From the NCBI GenBank assembly GCA_001918155.1, contig MNFJ01000105.1:7299-71298 (forward strand): a stretch of DNA of 64,000 bases. Direction: 5' to 3'. The position numbers were made by a program, and so were the translations under genes. The notes below the pieces were generated by a model. The model saw nothing but the letters and a program-made list of their open reading frames with translations. It was not told the DNA's origin and ran no database searches. Each line of letters begins with the position of its first letter. The first letter of the stretch is position 1. The stretch comes from Deltaproteobacteria bacterium 13_1_40CM_4_68_19 (lineage in GTDB: Bacteria; Myxococcota; Myxococcia; Myxococcales; 40CM-4-68-19). Below are positions 53,397-63,135 of this stretch, piece after piece.

Positions 53397-54905
53397 CTAA
53401 CGGATGCTGTAGCGTCCCCCGTTCTCGGACGCGCGCTTTTCGCGCACCAGCTTTTCCAGATGAGCGAGCAGACTTCGTTCCGCGAGCGGATACAGGTCCG
53501 GCTTCACGTCGGGGTATGCCGCGGGAACCAGCTCGGCGGGCGTCGCCGGAGCTGCGGCCTTCTTCAACGAACCGACCACCAGCTCTTCGCGCTTCAGCCG
53601 GTGCTCGCGATACTCCTCGAGCTTCGCGACGCCGCCGGGCACGACCGGGCCGTGGGCCGGATAGATGCAGCCCGGCTTCGTCTCCAGCAGGCGATCGAGG
53701 GAGGCGAGATAGTCCTTCATGTCCCCTTCGGGCGGGTCGATGACGACCGTCCCCACTCCCGCGACCAGGTCGCCGGCCACGATCGCGCCGCTGCCCTCCT
53801 CGCGCAGGCAGAGATGGCCGCGGGTGTGCCCGGGCAGGTGCAGCGCGCGCCATCCGCGCGGCCCGACGTCGAACCGCGCGCCGTCCTCCGCGATGCGATC
53901 GACGCCGAAGTCGAGCATCGCGGCCGTCTCGCGGGTGGCCGCGATCGGCAGCCCGAGAACGCGGGCGCCGCCGGTATGGTCGTGGTGGTGGTGCGTGAGC
54001 AGCACGCCGACTGCCCTGCGCCCTTCTTCCGCGAGCTTGTCGAGCGTCTGGCGCAGGATCGCCTGCTCCTCCGGCCAGGGCGATCCAGGGTCCACCACCC
54101 ACAGCTCGTCGTCGCCGAGGAGCAGGCAATTGGTGTGCGTCGCCGGCGGCAGCGTGGGCGTCCGGAGCGGCACCATGATCAGCCCGCGCTGGAACTCGAT
54201 CCGCTCCACGACGTGCTCGCGGATCGGCAGCTTCCAGGGCGCCTTCTCGGGAGCGGTCAAGAGGGGGAGCGCGTCGCGCGGATGCCCCGTTGCCCACGCG
54301 AGCGCCTTGAGCGTGTGCCACGCCGGCGGATGCAGGAGCGCGGAGCCCGCCTCCCAGCGGCGCAGCGCCGCGGCGGGATCGATCCACTCGCCGTCGGCAA
54401 GCTCGCCCGGCCAGATCTCGGCCACTTCGCCCGGTGGCAAGTCGACCATGTAGAACCGCGCGTCGAAGCGGATCGGCATCGCCGGCGGCGTCACCCAGCG
54501 GCCGGCGGGCGCGTACCAGCGCGCATCGACGCGCAGGCGATGGCCGGCCAGGAAGTCGCCGAACGAGGCTGCCTTCTCGCCCGGCTCGGGCCGACGCAGC
54601 AGCGCCGTGCGCATCCGCTTGCGCTCCGCGGCGGGAACGGCGGCGGCGCCCGGCACCGCGAGCACCCCGGTCTCCTCGAACAGCTCGCGGGCCGCGGCGA
54701 CGACGCACGGCGCTTCCGCGGCGCCGAGCGCCTCGCCGCCGTCCAGCGGCACCCCGGAGTCTTGCACGTCTACGCGGCCGCCCGGAAACGCGTAGAAACC
54801 CCCCGCGAACCTGAGCTCGTCGCCGCGACGCACCCAGAGCACGCGGCCGTCTTCGCGGACCAGGATCACGGAGGCGGCGGGCTTGACGATGACGGCTCGG
54901 TTCAC
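53397..54905 (-). CDS. NUDIX hydrolase - MBL-fold metallo-hydrolase fusion protein
   Basis: 502 aa. NUDIX box GGRVD..AAARELFEETGV. MBL motifs THHHHDHTGG, LPGHTRGH and PAHGP. C-terminal helical/wHTH region. Confidence 0.8.
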   Translation of the reverse strand: MNRAVIVKPAASVILVREDGRVLWVRRGDELRFAGGFYAFPGGRVDVQDSGVPLDGGEALGAAEAPCVVAAARELFEETGVLAVPGAAAVPAAERKRMRTALLRRPEPGEKAASFGDFLAGHRLRVDARWYAPAGRWVTPPAMPIRFDARFYMVDLPPGEVAEIWPGELADGEWIDPAAALRRWEAGSALLHPPAWHTLKALAWATGHPRDALPLLTAPEKAPWKLPIREHVVERIEFQRGLIMVPLRTPTLPPATHTNCLLLGDDELWVVDPGSPWPEEQAILRQTLDKLAEEGRRAVGVLLTHHHHDHTGGARVLGLPIAATRETAAMLDFGVDRIAEDGARFDVGPRGWRALHLPGHTRGHLCLREEGSGAIVAGDLVAGVGTVVIDPPEGDMKDYLASLDRLLETKPGCIYPAHGPVVPGGVAKLEEYREHRLKREELVVGSLKKAAAPATPAELVPAAYPDVKPDLYPLAERSLLAHLEKLVREKRASENGGRYSIR

Positions 54906-54955
54906 TCGCAGCTCTCCCTTGCGCGAATCGGGATGATCCCTTAGACCGGGGACCG

Positions 54956-56578
54956 ATGTTCTATCTCGCGCCGCACCCGAAGCTCGACCGGCCCCGCCGC
55001 GGCAGTCCGCTGATGTTCACCGTCCCCTGGGTGGAGAAGTATCTCTCTCGCGTGCGTCCCTGGCACGTGATTGCGATCTGGGTGCCGATCTCGCTGTACA
55101 TGCTCTACCGAGGTTCGTACCAGATGGGCCCCCTGGCAGTCGCCGGCCTGGCGGCCGCGGGCGTGTTCTCCTGGACGTTGCTCGAATATCTGCTGCACCG
55201 CTGGGTCTTCCACTTCCAGCCGGACGCGCGCTCCGAGCTGCAGCGGGACGCATCCTTCCTGATCCACGGCATCCACCACGACTATCCCTGGGATCGCGAT
55301 CGGTTGGTGATGCCTCCCACGGTCACCGCGGTGCTCGCCATCGCCGTCTGGGTGGCGTTCCGCTGGATGGACGGGCTCGAGTACGCCTGGTTCGCCGGGA
55401 TGGTCGCCGGATACGTCTGGTACGATCTCACGCACTACTATCTGCACCACGCCGCACCGACGACGGCCGCGGGGAAATGGCTCCGCAGGTACCATCTGGT
55501 CCACCACTTCCAGACTCCCGACCGCCGCTACGGGATCACCACCCCGCTCTGGGACCTGGTGTTCGGAACGTATCCGCGCGACCGCTACCAGGGTCTGCCG
55601 GACGACGAGGCCCGAAAGGGTTTGCACCTCTGGTTTTGGCTGTACAGTCTCGCCTGCGCACCGGTCATGCAAGAGGCGCGTCTGGAGCGCGATTCGCGGC
55701 CGACGGAGCGCGAGCTGGAGTCGAGCGAGCGCGCGGCATCGTGCCCGGCCCGCGCCGGGCTCCTGCTGCTGCCCGGCCTCATGCAGATGTGCCGCGGGCG
55801 TACGTCCGAGGGAGTGGCCCTCGCATCGCTCGCGGTTGCGGAGCTCGGCGCCGCGGCGACCGGAGGAGTGACGAACGGTCTCGAGACGTCTGCTGCCGGC
55901 GTGCCGTTGATCGCGCTCGGCGACCTCCTCACGCTGTCGGTGATGGACGTCGCCCTGGAAAACCAGCGCTCCTCACGCCTGCGGTACGTTCCGCAGGAAT
56001 CGCTCGGCGAGCTCGCGCTGGCGCCCTTCTCCGGCCAGGTGCTGTCCCGGCCGACCGTCTGGGCGGGAGTCGCCGGCTCGCTCGCCGCCGGCATCCTGGT
56101 GTCCGCCGTGGTCGATCGCGGCATCGACACGCACAACGCAGGCAAGCGGCCGGTCATCTTCGGTCGGGAGATGAACACGGCGCCGGGGTATCTGCTGGCC
56201 GGCGCCATCGGAGCGGGCTTGTTCGAGCACGTTGCCCTCGCCGAAGAGATGGCATTCCGGGGAGTGCTGCAGTCGAGCTGGGCGCGCTCGCTGGACGAGA
56301 CCCGCGGCTGGGCGTACGCCTCGCTGCTCTTCGGTGCGGTCCACGGTTCGAACATCCTCTTCATCGACCGCAGCCAGCGCCTCGCCTATCTCGCAGCCGG
56401 CGTTCCCTTCATCACGCTGCTCGGCGCCTACCTGGGGCTCGCCTACCGCTGGAACCGGTATAGCCTCGCGCCTTCCGTCGCGATCCACTTCTGGTACGAT
56501 CTCCTCATCGAGGCGGCCGGGTTCGTGGCCGACCCGAAGAACTCGCCGCTCGCAGTCTCCTGGGGAATGCCCTTCTGA
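54956..56578 (+). CDS. Fusion ORF: fatty acid hydroxylase/sterol desaturase-family domain + CPBP (CAAX/Abi) intramembrane protease domain
   Basis: N-terminal His boxes HRWVFH, HGIHHDYPWD and HYYLHH..HHF. C-terminal CPBP motifs EEMAFRG, FGAVH and HFWYD. There is no stop between the halves. An in-frame ATG at 55667 could also initiate the CPBP part alone. Confidence 0.65.
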   Translation: MFYLAPHPKLDRPRRGSPLMFTVPWVEKYLSRVRPWHVIAIWVPISLYMLYRGSYQMGPLAVAGLAAAGVFSWTLLEYLLHRWVFHFQPDARSELQRDASFLIHGIHHDYPWDRDRLVMPPTVTAVLAIAVWVAFRWMDGLEYAWFAGMVAGYVWYDLTHYYLHHAAPTTAAGKWLRRYHLVHHFQTPDRRYGITTPLWDLVFGTYPRDRYQGLPDDEARKGLHLWFWLYSLACAPVMQEARLERDSRPTERELESSERAASCPARAGLLLLPGLMQMCRGRTSEGVALASLAVAELGAAATGGVTNGLETSAAGVPLIALGDLLTLSVMDVALENQRSSRLRYVPQESLGELALAPFSGQVLSRPTVWAGVAGSLAAGILVSAVVDRGIDTHNAGKRPVIFGREMNTAPGYLLAGAIGAGLFEHVALAEEMAFRGVLQSSWARSLDETRGWAYASLLFGAVHGSNILFIDRSQRLAYLAAGVPFITLLGAYLGLAYRWNRYSLAPSVAIHFWYDLLIEAAGFVADPKNSPLAVSWGMPF

Positions 56579-57823
56579 ATGCACATCCGCGATCCCATCC
56601 ACGGCGCCATCGAGCTCACCGCTGACGAGCGCGCGCTGGTCGACAGCCCCCAGTACCAGCGGCTGCGCAACGTGAAGCAGCTCGGCTTCGCGGACCTCGC
56701 GTTCCCGGGAGCGACGCACACCCGCTATGCGCACGGGCTCGGAGCGATGGCGATGGCCACCAAGGTCTTCGACGCATTCGCGCCGCAGCTCGAGCTGGAG
56801 CTGGACGATCGCGCGCGCCTGCGCCAGACCCTGCGCCTGGCGGTGCTGTTCCACGATCTCGGCCACGCGCCGCTCTCGCACGCCACGGAGGCGATCATGC
56901 CGCACATCGCCGAGCTGCGGGTGCCGGACTGGGCGCGGGAGCCCGGCGAACGCCGGGCCGGGCACGAGGACTACACGTTGAAGCTCCTGCTCGACTCGGC
57001 CCTCTCCGCCGAGATCCGCCGCCGCTTCTCCTCTCGCGGGATCGAGCCCGAGCACATCGCCGGGCTGATCTGCGGCCGGCCCTCTCCCGGCCCCTACCCG
57101 TATCGCAGCCGCGGGCGCGATCTGCTGCCCATCCTGCGCCAGGTGGTGTCCGGCGAGCTCGACGCGGACCGGATGGATTACTTGCAGCGCGATTCCTTCT
57201 TCACTGGCGTGAACTACGGGAAGTTCGACGCCGACTGGATCGTGCAGAACCTCGCGGCCGTCGAGCGCGACGGGCGGGTCTACCTCGCGCTCCTGCACCG
57301 CGCCGTGTTCGCGTTCGAGGATTTCCTGCTCTCCCGCTATCACATGTTCCTCTCCGTCTACTTCCACTCCACCTCCGTCGGCTACGAAGTGCTCCTGCAG
57401 CGCTGGTGCGAGAGCGGTGAGTACTCGCTGCCGGCGGATCCGGACGAGTACCTGCTCCACGACGACATCGCGCTCCTCTCGGCCCTGCGCGCATCGCAGA
57501 ACCCCTGGGCGAGACGGATCGTGCGCCGCCAGGGATACCGGGTGCTGATGGAAAACGCGCCAGGCGAGGACGCGCGAGCGCTGAGGCGCATGGAGGACGA
57601 GCTGGAGGCGGCGGGAGTCGACGGCTTCGTCACCGTCAGCCGCGGCGTGCTCTCGCACTACGGGAAGGAAGCGACGCTCTGGGTGAAGTCGCCGCGCGGC
57701 GAGCTGCCCATCGGCGAGTACACGCCGCTCTACGAGAGGTACGCGGAAGCGGCGACCCTGGCGCGGCTCTACGTGGAACCGGAGAGGTGGGACGAGGCCC
57801 GCCGGCTCCTCACCATCGACTGA
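56579..57823 (+). CDS. HD-domain phosphohydrolase (SAMHD1/COG1078-like)
   Basis: 414 aa. DPIHGAIELT..QRLR.VKQLG..THTRY.H.LG and FHDLGHAPLSH..GELDADRMDYLQRD. ATG immediately follows the preceding TGA. Confidence 0.8.
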   Translation: MHIRDPIHGAIELTADERALVDSPQYQRLRNVKQLGFADLAFPGATHTRYAHGLGAMAMATKVFDAFAPQLELELDDRARLRQTLRLAVLFHDLGHAPLSHATEAIMPHIAELRVPDWAREPGERRAGHEDYTLKLLLDSALSAEIRRRFSSRGIEPEHIAGLICGRPSPGPYPYRSRGRDLLPILRQVVSGELDADRMDYLQRDSFFTGVNYGKFDADWIVQNLAAVERDGRVYLALLHRAVFAFEDFLLSRYHMFLSVYFHSTSVGYEVLLQRWCESGEYSLPADPDEYLLHDDIALLSALRASQNPWARRIVRRQGYRVLMENAPGEDARALRRMEDELEAAGVDGFVTVSRGVLSHYGKEATLWVKSPRGELPIGEYTPLYERYAEAATLARLYVEPERWDEARRLLTID

Positions 57824-57867
57824 TCGAAGCATTCCCCCGCCAGGCGAGCGGATGCTATGCTCGCACG

Positions 57868-59364
57868 GTGAACCGGCTTCAGCAGCGCGTCGAGAAGCTC
57901 GGAGGCATCCTCGACGTCGCGAAAGCGCTCGTCGCCGAGCGCGATCTCGATCGGCTGCTGACGCTGATCGTCCACGCCGCGGCGCGGGTGGTCGAAGCCG
58001 ACCGCTGCTCGCTGTTCCTGGTCGATCGCGACCGCGGCGAGCTGTGGACCAAGGTGGCGCAGGGCATCGGTACGAAGGAGATCCGCATCCCGATGAATCG
58101 CGGGATCGCGGGCGCGGTGGCGACCACCAATGCGGCGATCAACATTCCCGACGCGTACAAGGACCCCCGCTTCAACCAGAACGTCGACAAGCAGACGGGA
58201 TACAAGACGCGGACCATCCTCTGCGTGCCGATGCGCTCGGTGGAGGGCGAGGTCGTCGGCGTCCTGCAGGCGCTGAACAAGCTCGACGGCAGGGCCTTCA
58301 CCGACGAGGACGAGGAGCTGCTCTCCGCGCTCGGCGGGCAGGCGGCGGCGGCGGTCAACAACGCGCTGCTGCACCACGAGATCGAGCAGCTGTTCGAAGG
58401 GTTCGTGCGCGCCAGCGTGGTGGCGATCGAGGCGCGGGATCCGACCACCGCGGGTCACTCGGGTCGAGTGGCGCGGCTCTCGGTCGGTCTCGGCGACATG
58501 CTGCCGCGCGCCGGAAAGACCGCGGGTCGCTGGAAAGGCTCGTCGCTCACCTCGCAGGAGCGTCAGGAGCTGCGCTATGCGGCGATGCTGCACGATTTCG
58601 GCAAGGTCGGTGTCCGCGAAAACGTCCTGGTGAAGGCGAACAAGCTCGAGCCGCTCGAGCTCGAGAACCTGCGGGGCCGGTTCGAGACCATCTACGTGCA
58701 GGAGGAGCTGCAGGCGGAGCGCGAGAAGGTCCAGATCCTCCTCCGGACGCCCGCCGACGAGGCGCGCCATCGGTTGGCGCAGGTCGACGCCCGGCTGGCG
58801 GAGCGGAGGCGGGAGCTGTCCGGGATGTTCGAGTTCGTCGTCTCCTGCAACCGGCCCACCGTGCTGCCCGAGGGCACCTTCGATCGGCTGCACGACATCG
58901 CCCGCGCTACCTTCCTCGGGCCGTTCTCCGGGGAGAAGCGCCCGTTCCTCTCGGAGAACGAGGTGGTCAAACTGTCGATCCGCAAGGGCTCGCTCACCGA
59001 GGGCGAGCGCCGCGAGATCGAATCGCACGTCACGCACACCTACCGCTTCCTCACGCAGATCCCCTGGACGCGCACGCTGAAGCGGGTGCCGGACATCGCC
59101 TACGGCCATCACGAGAAGCTCACGGGCAAGGGCTACCCGCGCTCGCTGAAGGAATCGGAGATCGCGCTGCCCACGCGCATGATGACCATCAGCGACATCT
59201 ACGACGCGCTGACCGCGAGCGACCGCCCCTACAAGCGCGCGGTGCCGAAGGAGAAGGCGTACGACATCCTCCTCGACGAAGCGAAGCGAGGAGAGCTCGA
59301 TCAGGACCTGCTGCGCGTCTTCATCGAAGCCGACGTACCGGGGAACGCGCCTCAAGAGCCTTGA
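57868..59364 (+). CDS. GAF + HD-GYP domain protein (putative c-di-GMP phosphodiesterase)
   Basis: GAF: ADRCSLFLVDRDRGELW..GIAG..ILCVPM. HD-GYP: AIEARDPTTAGHSGRVA..AAMLHDFGKVGV..HHEKLTGKGYP..ISDIYDALTASDRPYK. GTG 57868 start is tentative. Confidence 0.8.
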   Translation: MNRLQQRVEKLGGILDVAKALVAERDLDRLLTLIVHAAARVVEADRCSLFLVDRDRGELWTKVAQGIGTKEIRIPMNRGIAGAVATTNAAINIPDAYKDPRFNQNVDKQTGYKTRTILCVPMRSVEGEVVGVLQALNKLDGRAFTDEDEELLSALGGQAAAAVNNALLHHEIEQLFEGFVRASVVAIEARDPTTAGHSGRVARLSVGLGDMLPRAGKTAGRWKGSSLTSQERQELRYAAMLHDFGKVGVRENVLVKANKLEPLELENLRGRFETIYVQEELQAEREKVQILLRTPADEARHRLAQVDARLAERRRELSGMFEFVVSCNRPTVLPEGTFDRLHDIARATFLGPFSGEKRPFLSENEVVKLSIRKGSLTEGERREIESHVTHTYRFLTQIPWTRTLKRVPDIAYGHHEKLTGKGYPRSLKESEIALPTRMMTISDIYDALTASDRPYKRAVPKEKAYDILLDEAKRGELDQDLLRVFIEADVPGNAPQEP

Positions 59365-59374
59365 AGCAGCTCGG

Positions 59375-60991
59375 TCAACGGCGCGACGCAGACTTGCGCG
59401 CCGCCTCGAACTCGTCGCCGGGCGTCCAGGTGGGCAGGGCAGGCGCGTTGGCGAGGCGCAAACCCACCAGCAGCTGCAGCTGCGCGTCCTGCACGGCGCC
59501 CGAGAAGTCCCAATCCCCGTGGTACTCGTCGGAGGGCTGGTGATAATGGTGCTGCTCGTAATCGAGCCCCTGCTCCTCGCCCCAACCTTTCGGCCGGCCG
59601 ACGTAGTCCGGGCCACCCTTGACGGCCACCGGAGGGACACCGACGTGGGCCATGGAGAACATGTCCGATCTGTAGAACGACCCGCGGTCGGGTTGCGGAT
59701 CGCCATGCACCGTCCGTCCTTGCTCCGCGGCCACTTTGCGGACGACGTCGTCGGCGGTCGATTTGCCCAGCCCCATCACGCCGAGGTCCGTGGTGCGGCC
59801 CCAGCGGTTGACGGTGTCGAGGTTGATGTCAGCGGCGATCCGGTTGGCGGGAATGGGAGGGTGCTGCGCGAGCCATTTCGACCCGAGAAGGCCCTGCTCC
59901 TCCGCGGTGACGAACGCGACGATGATCGATCGTTTCGGCGGCGCGAACGTCGCCGCCTGCGCGATGGCGAGCACGGTGGCGCAGCCCGACGCGTTGTCGA
60001 GCGCGCCGTTGTAGATGCCGTCAGTGGCGGGCGGGATCGGCTGCACGCGACCGAGGTGATCGTGGTGGGCGGTGTAGAGCACCGCCTCCCGGCGCAGTGC
60101 CGGGTCGGTCCCGGGCAGCATCCCGATCACGTTGGCGCTGCGGATGGTCTGGAGATGGACCGGCAGGTCCAGCGAGGTTGTGGAGCCGAGCGGCACGGCG
60201 CGGAAGTCCTTGCTCCCGGCCGACCTGCGGAGCTCGTCGAGATCCTTTCCGGTCAGCTGCATCAGCCGGATCGCCGCTGATTCGGTGATCCAGCCGCGGA
60301 ACTCCATGAACTTGTCGTCGGGCGCGGGAGGCAGGTCCTGGTGCGGCGTGCTCCAGGAAGTGACCACCACCTGCCAGGGGTACCCCGCGCTCTCCGTGGT
60401 GTGGATGATCAGCGCGCCCGCCGCTCCGTGTCTTGCGGCGTTCTCGTACTTGTAGTCCCATCGGCCATACCAGAGCCGGACCCCGGGTCCCTGGAAAGGC
60501 GGGTTGAAGTTCATCAGCACGACCACCTTGCCGCGGACGTCGGCGTCCTTGTAGTCGTCCCAGCCGTACTCGGGGGCCGTGATGCCGTAGCCTGCGAATA
60601 CGAGCCCGGCATCCTTCACCGATTCACGGTCCTTGTGCGCCGACGGACCGAGCACCAGGTCCGCCTCCATTCCGTTTCCGGCGTGCAGCACCAGCTGGTT
60701 GCCTTGCGACGTGAACGCGACGCCCCGCGGAACGTCCGCGCCCAGCTCGATCAGCGGCACCGGTTGTAAGAAAGTGCCGTTGTCGCCGGCGGGCTGGTAC
60801 CCCATCGCCTCGAGCTGCGAGGCGAGATACTTGATGGCCATCTCGTCGCCGGGTTGTCCGGGTTTTCTGCCCTCGAGCTGGTCATCGCTGAGGAAGCGGA
60901 GGTGGCCCGAGATCCCGGCGCCCGTGATCCGGGTCGCGGCGGCGCGCTCCGCGGGAGATGCGGCCAGCAGCAGGGCGATGGCGAGAATCAT
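59375..60991 (-). CDS. M28 family aminopeptidase with PA domain
   Basis: 538 aa. Signal peptide MILAIALLLAASPA. HHDHLG, GALDNASG and FVTAEEQGLLGS metal-ligand motifs. Confidence 0.85.
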   Translation of the reverse strand: MILAIALLLAASPAERAAATRITGAGISGHLRFLSDDQLEGRKPGQPGDEMAIKYLASQLEAMGYQPAGDNGTFLQPVPLIELGADVPRGVAFTSQGNQLVLHAGNGMEADLVLGPSAHKDRESVKDAGLVFAGYGITAPEYGWDDYKDADVRGKVVVLMNFNPPFQGPGVRLWYGRWDYKYENAARHGAAGALIIHTTESAGYPWQVVVTSWSTPHQDLPPAPDDKFMEFRGWITESAAIRLMQLTGKDLDELRRSAGSKDFRAVPLGSTTSLDLPVHLQTIRSANVIGMLPGTDPALRREAVLYTAHHDHLGRVQPIPPATDGIYNGALDNASGCATVLAIAQAATFAPPKRSIIVAFVTAEEQGLLGSKWLAQHPPIPANRIAADINLDTVNRWGRTTDLGVMGLGKSTADDVVRKVAAEQGRTVHGDPQPDRGSFYRSDMFSMAHVGVPPVAVKGGPDYVGRPKGWGEEQGLDYEQHHYHQPSDEYHGDWDFSGAVQDAQLQLLVGLRLANAPALPTWTPGDEFEAARKSASRR

Positions 60992-61002
60992 GGCGCGCTC
61001 TG

Positions 61003-61821
61003 CTATCCCGGCTCGGGCCCGGTTGCAATGGGACGAGCGGGGTCCTCGATCCAGCCGCTGAACGATCCGACATACAGGCGGGCGGGGGGCAGTCCGGCGA
61101 GCTCGATCGCCAGCGCGTCGTGGCAGGCGGTGACGCCGCTGCCGCAGGAGACGATGACGTCGCCGCCGTACCGGGAGTAGAGCTGCCGCAGCTCTTCCGG
61201 CGGCCGGAATCGCTGCGCGGGAGTCAGGTTCGCGGAAAACGGGGCGTTCAGGGCGCCTGGAATGTGTCCGGCTTTCCGGTCGATCGGCTCCACTTCGCCG
61301 CGATAGCGCTCCGGAGCGCGCGCGTCGAGGACGGTCGATCTGCGCGCCTGCACGTCGGCGACGTCCGCCAGACGGGAGTGGTCCAACGTCAGCTTCCGCA
61401 GCGGAGCGGGCGCAATCCGCGGCTCTTCGCCCGTCAGCGGCAGCCCCGCCTCTGACCAGGCGCGGAGACCGCCGTCGAGCACCGAGACCTTCTCGTGGCC
61501 GAAGGCGCGGAGCATGAACCAGAGCCTCGCCGCGACCGACGAGCTTCCCTCGTCGTAGGCCACCACGTGCGTGTCAGCGGCGACCCCAAGCCGGGAGAGC
61601 ACCCGGGCGAGCTGCTCTTCCGAGGGGAATGGATGCCGGCCCGGGCCGCCGCTGCCCGAGAGGTCCCGGTCGAGGTCGACGAAGACGGCGCCGGGGATGT
61701 GGCCCTCCTCGTACTTCTGGCGGGAGGGAGGCCCTTTTGCGGTCCAGCGGAGGTCCACGATCCGGGCATCGGGGTGCACCTGGACCCATTTCGCGTCCAC
61801 CAGGAGGGGGATGTGTGACAT
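61003..61821 (-). CDS. sseA: Thiosulfate/3-mercaptopyruvate sulfurtransferase (tandem rhodanese)
   Basis: 272 aa from ATG 61821. GHIPGA in both halves and active-site loop CGSGVTAC. Confidence 0.85.
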   Translation of the reverse strand: MSHIPLLVDAKWVQVHPDARIVDLRWTAKGPPSRQKYEEGHIPGAVFVDLDRDLSGSGGPGRHPFPSEEQLARVLSRLGVAADTHVVAYDEGSSSVAARLWFMLRAFGHEKVSVLDGGLRAWSEAGLPLTGEEPRIAPAPLRKLTLDHSRLADVADVQARRSTVLDARAPERYRGEVEPIDRKAGHIPGALNAPFSANLTPAQRFRPPEELRQLYSRYGGDVIVSCGSGVTACHDALAIELAGLPPARLYVGSFSGWIEDPARPIATGPEPG

Positions 61822-61914
61822 GTGCGCATCTTGCACTGCCCCGCCGTCGCAGGCGATACGAGAATGACACCATCGGGGGCTGGTAGGCTGTCGCAGGGAC
61901 GTAGCGGGAGCGAG

Positions 61915-63102
61915 ATGCCAGAGATCGAACGCCTCCTCGTGGTCGACGACGAGGCGCCCATCCTGCACGCGTTGCAGCGCACCTTCGAGGCCGCGGGGTA
62001 CGAGGTCATCGCCTGCGCCGATCCGGCGGAAGCTCTCGACAGGCTACGCGAGAAGCCGTTCCAGGTGCTCTCGGCCGACTACATGATGCCGGGCATGACC
62101 GGCGCGGAGTTCCTCGCGCAGGCCAAGGCGCTGCAGCCCGAGACCATCCGGATCCTGCTCACCGCCGCGCACGACTTCAGCGCCGCCGTCGACGCGGTGA
62201 ACAACGGCGAGATCTTCCGCATCCTCGCCAAGCCCTGGAACCGCGTCGAGCTGCTCGGGACGGTGCGCCAGGCGTTCGATACCTATGCGCTGCGGGAGAA
62301 GAACCGGCAGCTGACCGCGATCGTGCAGTCGCAGAACGCGGAGCTGGCCGCGCTGAACAAGGGGCTCGAGCGCCTGGTGGATGAACGCACCACCAACCTG
62401 CTCGACGGAATGGTCGCGGTGCTCGACTACCGGGACACGGAGACGCAATGGCACTCGCGGCGCGTCTCCCGGTTCACTCGCCGGATCGCGGAGCAGATGG
62501 GCATCCGGGACGCGTATGAGCTGCGCACCATCGAGATGGGGGCCCTGCTGCACGACATCGGCAAGATCGGCGTGCGCGATGCGGTGCTGCTCAAGCCCGG
62601 CCCGCTGGATCAGGAAGAGTGGCACGAGATGCGCGAGCACCCGCGGCTGGGATGGGCGCTCCTGCAGCGCATCGAGTTCCTGCGCGACGCCAGCGTGATC
62701 GTCCTGCAGCATCAGGAGCGGTATGACGGCCGGGGTTACCCGTCGGGGCTGAAAGGCGATCAGATCGTCCTCGGCGCGCGGCTCTTCGCCGTAGCGGACA
62801 CGTACGACGCGATCACCAGCGATCGGCCGTATCGCAAGGCGCAGCCGCATGAAGCCGCGGTGATCGAGATGCAGCGGGTGGCCGGGACCCAGCTCGATCC
62901 GCAGGGGGTCTCGGCGTTCTGCGCCATCGAAGAGCAGGAGTGGATGCGCATCCGGTCCGAGGTGGAGAAGATCTCGCTGGTGGAGCAGGAGTGGGGCTGG
63001 ACCCCGCCCAAGCGGATCTTCGAGCAGATCCGCGAAGCGGCTACCAAGCAGAAGCAGCCGATTTCGCAGCCGCCGGACGGCGCGGACGCGAAAGTCGGTT
63101 AG
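61915..63102 (+). CDS. Response regulator with HD-GYP output domain (RpfG-like)
   Basis: 395 aa from ATG 61915 (GGGAG upstream). Receiver: LLVVDDE..LSADYMMPGMTG..KPW. HD-GYP: HSRRVS..ALLHDIGKIGV..HQERYDGRGYP..VADTYDAITSDRPYR. Confidence 0.85.
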   Translation: MPEIERLLVVDDEAPILHALQRTFEAAGYEVIACADPAEALDRLREKPFQVLSADYMMPGMTGAEFLAQAKALQPETIRILLTAAHDFSAAVDAVNNGEIFRILAKPWNRVELLGTVRQAFDTYALREKNRQLTAIVQSQNAELAALNKGLERLVDERTTNLLDGMVAVLDYRDTETQWHSRRVSRFTRRIAEQMGIRDAYELRTIEMGALLHDIGKIGVRDAVLLKPGPLDQEEWHEMREHPRLGWALLQRIEFLRDASVIVLQHQERYDGRGYPSGLKGDQIVLGARLFAVADTYDAITSDRPYRKAQPHEAAVIEMQRVAGTQLDPQGVSAFCAIEEQEWMRIRSEVEKISLVEQEWGWTPPKRIFEQIREAATKQKQPISQPPDGADAKVG

Positions 63103-63135
63103 CGCGGCCGTGGACGGGCCATGAAATCTGATTCA

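Noticed and set aside
55062-55077. TGGCACGTGATTGCGA, a second sigma54-like string
   Set aside because: The spacing between GG and GC is one nt short of the -24/-12 geometry, and it lies inside the fatty-acid-hydroxylase coding region with no downstream start.
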